A stretch of 63,236 bases of DNA, filler included, from Octopus bimaculoides (lineage: Eukaryota), in the NCBI RefSeq assembly GCF_001194135.2. It is 8 parts of 7 records of this genome, joined end to end, with 100 filler letters (N's around TTAATTAATTAA, not from the genome) between each part and the next. Parts side by side here need not be neighbours in the genome. Positions count along the whole stretch, not along the records: positions 34,572 to 48,874 come from NC_068989.1; positions 48,975 to 52,850 come from NW_026385616.1; 6 more parts are not named here. One strand, written 5' to 3'. Position numbers and translations under genes: made by a program. The notes beneath the pieces are model-generated. The model was given only the letters and a program-made list of their open reading frames with translations. It was not told the DNA's origin and made no database searches. Positions 40,182 through 51,848 of this stretch are shown one piece after another (position 1 is the first letter of the stretch; each line of letters begins with the position of its first letter).

Positions 40182-41191
40182 TCATATATGTATGTAATTA
40201 TATATGTGTAGGTGCTTGTATTTACACGTTTTCCCATCTATTTATCTAGCTATCTCCTTACCTACAGCCTATGTATCCATCCATTTATTTGCCTGTTTTC
40301 ATGTATCCCCACCCTGTGCATGCCATCCGTAAACCATGCCCTACNNNNNNNNNNNNNNNNNNNNNNNNNNNNNNNNNNNNNNNNNNNNNNNNNNNNNNNN
40401 NNNNNNNNNNNNNNNNNNNNNNNNNNNNNNNNNNNNNNNNNNNNNNNNNNNNNNNNNNNNNNNNNNNNNNNNNNNNNNNNNNNNNNNNNNNNNNNNNNNN
40501 NNNNNNNNNNNNNNNNNNNNNNNNNNNNNNNNNNNNNNNNNNNNNNNNNNNNNNNNNNNNNNNNNNNNNNNNNNNNNNNNNNNNNNNNNNNNNNNNNNNN
40601 NNNNNNNNNNNNNNNNNNNNNNNNNNNNNNNNNNNNNNNNNNNNNNNNNNNNNNNNNNNNNNNNNNNNNNNNNNNNNNNNNNNNNNNNNNNNNNNNNNNN
40701 NNNNNNNNNNNNNNNNNNNNNNNNNNNNNNNNNNNNNNNNNNNNNNNNNNNNNNNNNNNNNNNNNNNNNNNNNNNNNNNNNNNNNNNNNNNNNNNNNNNN
40801 NNNNNNNNNNNNNNNNNNNNNNNNNNNNNNNNNNNNNNNNNNNNNNNNNNNNNNNNNNNNNNNNNNNNNNNNNNNNNNNNNNNNNNNNNNNNNNNNNNNN
40901 NNNNNNNNNNNNNNNNNNNNNNNNNNNNNNNNNNNNNNNNNNNNNNNNNNNNNNNNNNNNNNNNNNNNNNNNNNNNNNNNNNNNNNNNNNNNNNNNNNNN
41001 NNNNNNNNNNNNNNNNNNNNNNNNNNNNNNNNNNNNNNNNNNNNNNNNNNNNNNNNNNNNNNNNNNNNNNNNNNNNNNNNNNNNNNNNNNNNNNNNNNNN
41101 NNNNNNNNNNNNNNNNNNNNNNNNNNNNNNNNNNNNNNNNNNNNNNNNNNNNNNNNNNNNNNNNNNNNNNNNNNNNNNNNNNNNNNNNNNN

Positions 41192-41260
<69 letters not shown>

Positions 41261-41569
41261 CTTGCGAAGAACCCGTACCAACCTCTAGCAGGTATCAGGA
41301 TCACGAGACTGACACAGTTTCGAGTTATTTGGCTCATCCTAAGTCGCGACCACCTGTACGCCAGAGCGATAGCCAGAGTCCCTCTGCTAACAATCCAGCC
41401 ATCACTCGCCATATCGCGGTTCCCTTACCGCGCCCTGAGTACATCGCTGAATTTTTCTGGCTAATATATGTAAGTTTGTATCACTGACTCCTCAGTATAT
41501 CGCGGGTTTTCTACGGTCGATAAATATATATATGCCCAGGGGGAAAATCATGTAGTGGTTAAGAGCTGT

Positions 41570-41937
41570 TCTCTACCAGTGAACTAAAGTAACACCTCTT
41601 ATTTTTCGAGCACCTTCCGGAACATTCGTGAAGTTCCAAGCAGTGTTGTTTTCTGTACGTGCTCCACTCTTATTGCAGCCCCTATTTGTTCCATGTACTT
41701 CTCGAGATTTTAACTCCCTATTCCCAGGGCTCTGACAATTATTGGTACTATTGCTACCTTTTTCATTGACCACAACTGCTTAACTTCCCAAGCTAACCTG
41801 TCATAGCTATCGACTTTTCTTTCTTCCTTATCGCATACCTTGTTGTCTGCTGGGCATGCTATATCTATGATCCAGCATAGTTTGTTTTCTTTCTCAATTA
41901 AAACTATGTCCAGCTTCCTATTCTCTATCTCATGGTC
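41570..41937 (-). mobile_element. R4/Dong restriction-like endonuclease domain relic (subfamily C)
   Basis: 41937 to 41599 reads DHEIENRKLDIVLIEKENKLCWIIDIACPADNKVCDKEERKVDSYDRLAWEVKQLWSMKKVAIVPIIVRALGIGS*NLEKYMEQIGAAIRVEHVQKTTLLGTSRMFRKVLEK*, with one internal stop. It abuts the TAT tract at about 41938-41977. Confidence 0.85.
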
Positions 41938-41977
<40 letters not shown>

Positions 41978-44310
41978 NNNNNNNNNNNNNNNNNNNNNNN
42001 NNNNNNNNNNNNNNNNNNNNNNNNNNNNNNNNNNNNNNNNNNNNNNNNNNNNNNNNNNNNNNNNNNNNNNNNNNNNNNNNNNNNNNNNNNNNNNNNNNNN
42101 NNNNNNNNNNNNNNNNNNNNNNNNNNNNNNNNNNNNNNNNNNNNNNNNNNNNNNNNNNNNNNNNNNNNNNNNNNNNNNNNNNNNNNNNNNNNNNNNNNNN
42201 NNNNNNNNNNNNNNNNNNNNNNNNNNNNNNNNNNNNNNNNNNNNNNNNNNNNNNNNNNNNNNNNNNNNNNNNNNNNNNNNNNNNNNNNNNNNNNNNNNNN
42301 NNNNNNNNNNNNNNNNNNNNNNNNNNNNNNNNNNNNNNNNNNNNNNNNNNNNNNNNNNNNNNNNNNNNNNNNNNNNNNNNNNNNNNNNNNNNNNNNNNNN
42401 NNNNNNNNNNNNNNNNNNNNNNNNNNNNNNNNNNNNNNNNNNNNNNNNNNNNNNNNNNNNNNNNNNNNNNNNNNNNNNNNNNNNNNNNNNNNNNNNNNNN
42501 NNNNNNNNNNNNNNNNNNNNNNNNNNNNNNNNNNNNNNNNNNNNNNNNNNNNNNNNNNNNNNNNNNNNNNNNNNNNNNNNNNNNNNNNNNNNNNNNNNNN
42601 NNNNNNNNNNNNNNNNNNNNNNNNNNNNNNNNNNNNNNNNNNNNNNNNNNNNNNNNNNNNNNNNNNNNNNNNNNNNNNNNNNNNNNNNNNNNNNNNNNNN
42701 NNNNNNNNNNNNNNNNNNNNNNNNNNNNNNNNNNNNNNNNNNNNNNNNNNNNNNNNNNNNNNNNNNNNNNNNNNNNNNNNNNNNNNNNNNNNNNNNNNNN
42801 NNNNNNNNNNNNNNNNNNNNNNNNNNNNNNNNNNNNNNNNNNNNNNNNNNNNNNNNNNNNNNNNNNNNNNNNNNNNNNNNNNNNNNNNNNNNNNNNNNNN
42901 NNNNNNNNNNNNNNNNNTCTCTCTCTCCCTCTCTCTCCCTCTCTTCTCTCTCTCTCCCTCTCTTCTCTCTCTCTCTCCCTCTCTTCTCTCTCTCTCTCCC
43001 TCTCTCTTCCTTCTGTCTCTTCCTCCTCCTCCATTTCATTCCCTTGACGATCGTTCCAGATGTTAATTCTTCATCGTACCAGTTACCTTCCTTGTTTTCT
43101 TCTTTCCCTCATACCCCATCCTCACTTCCTTAAAGACTTCTTGCCCATCATTTACAACCAAGTACCCCAACCGTTCTCTCTTCCCTCATCCTCATTCTGT
43201 CTTCCTCTCCCTCCTCCCACCCCCTCCTATTCTTCTCTCTTTCAACGCTCTAACGTTTCAAGCAACAGCGAAAGAACCTCGAAGTTGTCCAACATATCAG
43301 ATAACAAGGAAAACCTCTGTATCCCTCGGGGGCGCTTTACTAGCTCCCGCTGTGGAGGTGCCCTTTGCTTTTTCTCTTACGAATGTATTCCAGCGAGGAA
43401 TAATATATGAGGTTGCTCGGCCTGCTAGAAATACTAGCTAAATGTCCCTCTCACTCTCTGAAAAATCTTACCTAGAGAACCATCCCCTCCACCAATCCCC
43501 TTCCCAAATCTTCCCCCCACCACCATATCCCTTGTCTAATTCCAATATTGCAACTCTTCAATTTATGTCGTTATGTAGTGTTATTTGTTTCAAGTGTCTA
43601 AGTTCATTATATCTCCCCTGTGTTTCTGAGTCAGAATTCCACCCCTCCACCACTCTAGGCGTGTAATATCGGTTTCAAATTCTGGTACAAGGCCAGCAAT
43701 TTCGGGTGAGGGGGTAAGTCGATTACACCTACCCCAGTGCTCAGCTGGTGTTTATTTTACTGACCCCGGAAGGATGAAAGGCAAAGTCGACTTCGGTAGC
43801 ATTTGAACTCAGAACATAAAGACGGACGAAATACCACAAACCATTTTGCCCAGACTGCTTAAGGACTCTGCCAGCTCACCGCCTTCCGCAGCTGTAATAC
43901 TAATTAATTAAATTGTAAAAAGATAATTGGTATAAATGAAATAATTAAAATAATTTATTTATAAGCGCTAGCATGGCTGTGTGGTTAAGAGCCTCGCTTT
44001 GAAACTACGTGGTTCAGTCATATTGCACTGCGGCTTGGGCATGTGTCTTCTATTATAGTGTAAGTGAATTTAGTTGACAGAAACTGTCCAGAAGCCCATC
44101 GTGCATATATATATATATATATANNNNNNNNNNNNNNNNNNNNNNNNNNNNNNNNNNNNNNNNNNNNNNNNNNNNNNNNNNNNNNNNNNNNNNNNNNNNN
44201 NNNNNNNNNNNNNNNNNNNNNNNNNNNNNNNNNNNNNNGTGTTGTTTGCATTTATAATAAAATAAATATATACAAATTATAAAAATAGTGAAAAATATAT
44301 ACAGTACAGT

Positions 44311-44388
44311 ACTGTTTCTCCTTCGAGGATTTTCGCCTATCGCGGGGTGTTTTGGAACGTAACACCCGCAATAGTCGAGGGATTACTG
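44311..44388 (-). mobile_element. Tigger/pogo-like terminal fragment
   Basis: Reverse complement begins cagtaatccctcgactattgcgggtgttacgttcc, a pogo/Tigger-style terminus. Only one end is present. Confidence 0.5.
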
Positions 44389-44392
44389 CATG

Positions 44393-44444
<52 letters not shown>

Positions 44445-44508
44445 CATGCAAATAACATATTTCCGACGCCTTATCGACTCTGCCGCCATAGATCTAGCTG
44501 AGATATTG

Positions 44509-44710
44509 ATTTCAAATTTTGGCACAAGGCCAACAATGGTGTAAGTCGATTACATCGACCTCAGTACGCAACTGGTACTTATTTTATCGAACCCCGATCG
44601 GATGAAAGCAAAGACGACCACGACGGAATGCTGTCTCAGAATGTTAAGACGGATGAAATGCCGGTAAGTATCTTGTCCGGCTTGGCAAGTATTTTGTCAG
44701 CTGACCAACT
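44509..44710 (-). mobile_element. SINE family 1 copy with a perfect 20-bp TSD
   Basis: tagatctagctgagatattg at 44489-44508 and 44711-44730. More family 1 copies near 227-405, 846-1020, 18495-18715, 21430-21625, 22703-22915, 43670-43885, 48330-48555, 52500-52720, 55935-56310, 57785-57920 and 60075-60270. Confidence 0.9.
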
Positions 44711-46249
44711 TAGATCTAGCTGAGATATTGGAAAATGAAAGATCGATAATTTACATATCTCTACTTAATACGTTTCGGCAAAATGTGCATGAGGCTGTTG
44801 TGCACGTCATAAAAGAATACTTTCTCCCTTTTACGATGACAGTGTGTTCATAACATACTCTGATCATTTGCGCAAGCGACTCTGGAACACCGGTGTTTTG
44901 GCATATTTATGTCCTGTCAGCCAGAAATACTCGTAACTTTTGAACCTAATAAGTCAATGGCTTTGTTTATAATTTCAGCGAAAAAAAAAGAAAGCTGTTT
45001 TCTGCTCGTTTCTGGTACATGACTCTTCCCAATATTTTTATTGAGAACCCCTGACCTAGACTGTGAGATGCTCGCATTTCGGAGTAGTTATCTCCTCATC
45101 TGTGACAGACACTATGCAGACGACAGTACGAGTTGAATAAAGAGATTATTTCTCTTATGCTTTTCCAGTTATCGTCCGAGGACTAGTAGCGCTATACGGC
45201 GTCTCACCTTAGGTCAATTACGGAGTCTGTACCGTAATTCTTTTTGTATTTCTCATTTACTAACTCCCCTGTTGTTGATTTGTTGCATGATGGGTGTTAG
45301 CGCTTCACTGTGTGTTTTTCTTGACAGAATCCCTAGGTATTTAAGCAACCGTTCTTTCCCTATGTAAAGTTTGCTATAAGACTGCAGTGAAGGCCTTCTA
45401 ACTGCCTTCCGTTGCAACAGGATAAATAGAGCGAACATGCGAGAAGAGAGAAAGAGAGAGAGAGCGGGTGAGTGAGCGAATGGGACTTTGTAAGAGAGAG
45501 GAGAAGAGATATACAGAGAGGGATGTGTGTGTGTGAATTTGAATGTATTTGCATCAGGAGCAGTGAGTGTTTGCAAGAGAGACATTTAGACTTAGAAAGA
45601 CAGACAAACATACAAGCAAATAGACAGGCAGACAGACAGGCAAACAGAGAGTGAGGAGTTAGGAGAGAGAAATACAAGAGAGGGAGAAGAAGAGGCACAT
45701 AGAACAAGAAAGAGAGAGAGAGAGAGAGAGAGAGCAAAGACTGAAATGAAGAAAAGAAAACAAACCAACTGATAAGACAGACGAAGAAAGAAAATAAGCG
45801 CTTGGCCTTTTGCTTAGAGACAACAAGCCAACGCCCGAGACAGGCCTCTTGGTGGTTGTTTAACCTGCAAGTAATAGCAGCTATTCCTCCTGCAAATCAC
45901 ACCCTGTCATCCAATTGTTCAATGGACGGTACATTTTTGATTATCATCCTTAATTAGGGATCATATGAAGCTAAGCAAGCGTGGGACATTTTTACAGATG
46001 CATTTGCGTCTCATGCATGTCATGGGATGACCTTTTCGTATCTCTCGTTCTCAAGTTCAAATTTGTAAACCTGCCTCACACGTTCATGCGTTGAGCAGAG
46101 AGTTACTTCTCTTAGTTTTAACGGCTATGCAGAGGGCACCACCTGCGCCTGGATGTATACATGTGAGTGTGTGCGTACACAAACACAAAAGCGTGCGCAC
46201 ACGCACACACAGAAACGTGTGCGCACGCACATCTATCTAAATCTGTATA

Positions 46250-46303
<54 letters not shown>

Positions 46304-46326
46304 GAGAGAGAGAGAGAGAGAGATTT

Positions 46327-46350
46327 AGATAGATAGATAGATAGATATAC

Positions 46351-46416
<66 letters not shown>

Positions 46417-46418
46417 GT
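46327..46418 (+). repeat. (GATA)n microsatellite, representative of very abundant (TA)n, (TG)n, (GA)n, (TAA)n, (GAT)n and (CTT)n tracts across the window
   Basis: Seen directly; many N gaps are bounded by such tracts. Confidence 0.95.
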
Positions 46419-46725
46419 AGGTAGATAGATCTAAGGGTAACCAAGATCCATATAGCCCTCAACCACGATACAACTGTGTGCCACACAAACACAACTGTGT
46501 GCCACACACACACAAAAAGTCAAAATAAGTAAAAACAAAATTTATTAAAAAAAAATAAAAACGCCAGATAGAAAAGCAACATCGGCTTAAATACGATTAA
46601 GGACAGCAATTCACTTCCAGTATTCCATGAGCCCCACTTTACTTCCCCAACCTGCCTCGCAACCTTATCTTCATATAAATTATCCTGACCACGTTTTCTT
46701 GCCCTTTTTCTCTAATTTTCTGCAG

Positions 46726-46806
46726 GTCTGTCACAGAAATGTCACCATACCACCAATACCACCACTGCCAGTGGCAGCCTGCTTCTATATGGTTGCTAAC
46801 ACAAAA
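46726..46806 (+). other. Candidate isolated 81-nt exon
   Basis: Long pyrimidine tract ending ttttctgcag, upstream ctgac branch-like site, donor AAA|gtaaga. Phase 0 reads VCHRNVTIPPIPPLPVAACFYMVANTK. No homology recognised. Confidence 0.3.
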
Positions 46807-47249
46807 GTAAGACCTATAAAGCTTTGGTAGTATATCATATTTGCAAAACAAAATACGGTGTCCCTACCAGCAATCAATATTTACGTTACCAGTTGCCAGG
46901 AATCTGTTTCGCTAAACCTAGAGGATATTTAAGCAAGTTTAAGTATTTAACTTCGTGGATGGTTAATAGGTTGGACGTGGGGAAGATGACAGTACAATAC
47001 TCCCGAAATGTGTATATACGTCCGTTATCCATTTTTCTATCTCCGATCGTATTGTTTACATTGACGTACTCGTAAGCGAAACGTCATAAGTTCCAGTGTT
47101 GGCTCTAAATTCTAGAGAATATCTGTAAAGATAACTTACTAAATGATTGAATCGCATTGCTAACACAGGTAGGACACAGTATTGTCTTATAAACCTTTAA
47201 TATACTTGGTTAGTATATTATGGCTGCAATAATTGAAATACCATGTCCC

Positions 47250-47302
<53 letters not shown>

Positions 47303-48216
47303 NNNNNNNNNNNNNNNNNNNNNNNNNNNNNNNNNNNNNNNNNNNNNNNNNNNNNNNNNNNNNNNNNNNNNNNNNNNNNNNNNNNNNNNNNNNNNNNNNN
47401 NNNNNNNNNNNNNNNNNNNNNNNNNNNNNNNNNNNNNNNNNNNNNNNNNNNNNNNNNNNNNNNNNNNNNNNNNNNNNNNNNNNNNNNNNNNNNNNNNNNN
47501 NNNNNNNNNNNNNNNNNNNNNNNNNNNNNNNNNNNNNNNNNNNNNNNNNNNNNNNNNNNNNNNNNNNNNNNNNNNNNNNNNNNNNNNNNNNNNNNNNNNN
47601 NNNNNNNNNNNNNNNNNNNNNNNNNNNNNNNNNNNNNNNNNNNNNNNNNNNNNNNNNNNNNNNNNNNNNNNNNNNNNNNNNNNNNNNNNNNNNNNNNNNN
47701 NNNNNNNNNNNNNNNNNNNNNNNNNNNNNNNNNNNNNNNNNNNNNNNNNNNNNNNNNNNNNNNNNNNNNNNNNNNNNNNNNNNNNNNNNNNNNNNNNNNN
47801 NNNNNNNNNNNNNNNNNNNNNNNNNNNNNNNNNNNNNNNNNNNNNNNNNNNNNNNNNNNNNNNNNNNNNNNNNNNNNNNNNNNNNNNNNNNNNNNNNNNN
47901 NNNNNNNNNNNNNNNNNNNNNNNNNNNNNNNNNNNNNNNNNNNNNNNNNNNNNNNNNNNNNNNNNNNNNNNNNNNNNNNNNNNNNNNNNNNNNNNNNNNN
48001 NNNNNNNNNNNNNNNNNNNNNNNNNNNNNNNNNNNNNNNNNNNNNNNNNNNNNNNNNNNNNNNNNNNNNNNNNNNNNNNNNNNNNNNNNNNNNNNNNNNN
48101 NNNNNNNNNNNNNNNNNNNNNNNNNNNNNNNNNNNNNNNNNNNNNNNNNNNNNNNNNNNNNNNNNNNNNNNNNNNNNGTTGGCAGAAACCTAAAAACGCA
48201 CTTGTAACTTACTCCA

Positions 48217-48269
<53 letters not shown>

Positions 48270-48829
48270 AAGACAGACGAAATACCGCTATGCATTTCGC
48301 CCAGGGTGCTAACGTTTCTTGCTTCTTTATTGCCCACAAGGGGCTAAACATAGAGGGGACAAACAAGGACAGACAAAGGGATTAAGTCGATTATATCGAC
48401 CACAGTGCGTAGCTGATACATAACTTATCGACCCCGAAAGGATGAAAGGCAAAGTCGAACTCGGCGGAATTTGAACTCAGAACGTAACGGCAGACGAAAT
48501 ACTACTGCTAAGCATTTCTCCCGACGCGTTACCGTTTCTGCCAGCTCACCGCCTTTGCGCTCTTTATATATTGACAACAAAACGTGGAAAACTAGGGAGA
48601 AAAAACAACAACAAAAACATTATTTGAGAAGAAAAGAAAGAAAGAAAGAAGCTGATCGTAAAATGAAGACTGACCTAAATCTGTCCAGATATGCAGTCTC
48701 TCTCTTAATCCCTACCGACTTAATCCTTATCTCCCTGCTTCCCCTTTTTTTTTCTCTTTTTTCTCTGACAACCACCTAACCCCGTCATAAATATCGCTGC
48801 CTACCGTATTTTCTCTCTCCCAACACTCT

Positions 48830-48874
<45 letters not shown>

Positions 48875-49795
48875 NNNNNNNNNNNNNNNNNNNNNNNNNN
48901 NNNNNNNNNNNNNNNNNNTTAATTAATTAANNNNNNNNNNNNNNNNNNNNNNNNNNNNNNNNNNNNNNNNNNNNTTGTCTACATAAAAATAGCTCGTATG
49001 TCGTTACTGTTAACTGCAAGTCAGTCAAGATGGATACACATGCAGTGACGTATCGACAGTGTGTGCCACCTGGGGCAGCCCTTGAGTTCTCCGCTCTCTC
49101 TCTCTCTCTCTCTCACCACCACCACCACCGGCCCCGGGATCTCAAGCCCATCGAGGCTTATGCGGCAGATTCGAAAGTGCCGCTCCCAAAAAGTTTCTCA
49201 TGAACCGTCTTTCTCGTCCCCTCCAGGGTCGTAACATGATTTGAAAGCTAGGGGAAGCGAGCACTTAAAAAAAGGGGGGGCGTGAAACATACAAAACAAT
49301 GTTTAACTCATTGATTACACATTTTACAAAAAAACACCAATTCTGAAAAACGTGTTCGGTGAGTTGCGGTCGCTGAACCTGCGTTGAGATTTCCTCGTTG
49401 GTTCGTGGCCATGGAGGGGAATCAATGGGTTGATTCGAACTTAAAACACACATGACGATTATTGATTTTCATCTGAATTATGAAACTGCTCTTAAAAAAG
49501 GGAGATTAAATGTAGACTATCTTGTTAGGTTGTAATCCAGTTAAGTTCAAATCTAATCTTTCGTTTATTTTTATATCTTTTTCTCTCATTCACTTCTCTC
49601 TCTCTCTCTCTTTCTCTCTCACACACTTTCTATATCTCTCTTTTTTCCTGTATCACTTTCTTAATCTCACAGGTTTTCTCTTTCATTCTCTCAATCTCTC
49701 TATCTCTCTCTCTCACGTGAGCACCCGCACTCACACATACCTCCGTCTCTTCCCCTATCTTTTTTTATCCAATGGCTTCGTTCTGACCCTCACTT

Positions 49796-49840
<45 letters not shown>

Positions 49841-49927
49841 CTATCTATCTATCTATCTGAGACACACGCACGCACTCACGTACACACCTATACACTAGCG
49901 TTTTATCTCTCTTTTCTTTCCCTCAGA

Positions 49928-49963
<36 letters not shown>

Positions 49964-51037
49964 GCTCTCTCCCTCTCTCTCTCTCTCTGCCCTCCAACTC
50001 CTCCCTAATCCATTCACTACCACCTTCACTCACCCGCCACGTCTACGAACAGTCTGGTTCAGACGGTTCGTCTCCATTGACAGTTATGTGACAAATAATG
50101 GTGAAGGAAGCGACGTGGTTTGGAGAGACAGAGAAAGAGAAGGGAAGGAAGGAATGAAGGGTGGTCGCCTTAATACATATATACNNNNNNNNNNNNNNNN
50201 NNNNNNNNNNNNNNNNNNNNNNNNNNNNNNNNNNNNNNNNNNNNNNNNNNNNNNNNNNNNNNNNNNNNNNNNNNNNNNNNNNNNNNNNNNNNNNNNNNNN
50301 NNNNNNNNNNNNNNNNNNNNNNNNNNNNNNNNNNNNNNNNNNNNNNNNNNNNNNNNNNNNNNNNNNNNNNNNNNNNNNNNNNNNNNNNNNNNNNNNNNNN
50401 NNNNNNNNNNNNNNNNNNNNNNNNNNNNNNNNNNNNNNNNNNNNNNNNNNNNNNNNNNNNNNNNNNNNNNNNNNNNNNNNNNNNNNNNNNNNNNNNNNNN
50501 NNNNNNNNNNNNNNNNNNNNNNNNNNNNNNNNNNNNNNNNNNNNNNNNNNNNNNNNNNNNNNNNNNNNNNNNNNNNNNNNNNNNNNNNNNNNNNNNNNNN
50601 NNNNNNNNNNNNNNNNNNNNNNNNNNNNNNNNNNNNNNNNNNNNNNNNNNNNNNNNNNNNNNNNNNNNNNNNNNNNNNNNNNNNNNNNNNNNNNNNNNNN
50701 NNNNNNNNNNNNNNNNNNNNNNNNNNNNNNNNNNNNNNNNNNNNNNNNNNNNNNNNNNNNNNNNNNNNNNNNNNNNNNNNNNNNNNNNNNNNNNNNNNNN
50801 NNNNNNNNNNNNNNNNNNNNNNNNNNNNNNNNNNNNNNNNNNNNNNNNNNNNNNNNNNNNNNNNNNNNNNNNNNNNNNNNNNNNTGCTGGGGTTCAACTT
50901 CTGGATTGGAAGTAGTAAGTTTCAAGATAAATACCCACACAGAATTAAGGGAGAGATTCCAAAAAAAAAAATTTACTTGAAAGATTATGATTGGTACTAG
51001 AAAATAACTGCGTTTTCTTTGGGTAGTGACTGTTACA

Positions 51038-51848
51038 GTACAAACACCAGGGACACAAGACTACGTGAACTAAAGAATACACTCATCACCAAGAACTACC
51101 CACCATCACTAATTGATATAGGATTTTAGCATGCCCTAAAACTCAACATTCACGAACTTAAACATCCCAACCTTAGAAGGATTTACAACTAAAATTCCTA
51201 CCATACATCTCCACACACAATCCCCTTAATAATGAAGCCTTTGACACCATCCTCCAGAACATTCCTCTACTAATAAGGGACTACAGAATGAATTTAATCC
51301 TCCAAACACACACCATCATAAAGAGCAAAAGACAACCCAAGTATGAAAAGTCTCCTAACACAAGCCCAAGTATACTTGACAACAACACTGAAGCCGTCAG
51401 TAAAAAATGTGGAAGATTTGTAGTATATGCGTCAACTTAATTGAGGGATCGGAGTTCTCCTTCAAACAAGGTCAACATTTTACAATGAAAAACAGCTTCA
51501 CATGTGCTTTGGGAAACCTAATATATATATATATATATATATATATTAACTTGCTCAGGATGTCGAGAGCAATACATAGGCCAAACCAAATACAGTTTAT
51601 GCCAAAGGATGACCCTACATAGATCCCAGATTAAAATTTGGGAATACAGAAAAATAGCATTCAGTGAACCCATCGACATTTGCACCACTAACGAACAACG
51701 CAACTTCAGAATTTTTCCCCTCCATAAATTCAGGGACGATGCAACCTATAATCAGCGCATTAGCATAGAGTCATATTTTATCGCAAAATATAAACCTCTT
51801 TTGAATGCTTCCACCACAGATGATACTACTACAAGGTCCTTAGAATAA
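51038..51848 (+). mobile_element. Penelope-like element relic (post-RT region plus GIY-YIG endonuclease)
   Basis: Reads RLRELKNTLITKNYPPSLID...KSKRQPK...KKCGR/CSICVNL...FTCALGNLIY[(TA)n]LTCSGCREQYIGQTKYSLCQRMTLHRSQI...IESYFIAKYKPLLN, with stops and frameshifts. Confidence 0.85.

Noticed and set aside
40212-43066. Long ORFs of 200-430 aa in the track (also near 1599, 5175, 8129, 32690, 34840, 47187, 50043, 53535, 61647)
   Set aside because: They are open only because they cross N gaps and dinucleotide or trinucleotide repeats (YI, HT, CV runs).
50044-50071. Small hairpin acgaacagtctg-gtt-cagacggttcgt
   Set aside because: A 12-bp stem can be expected by chance, and there is no supporting context.
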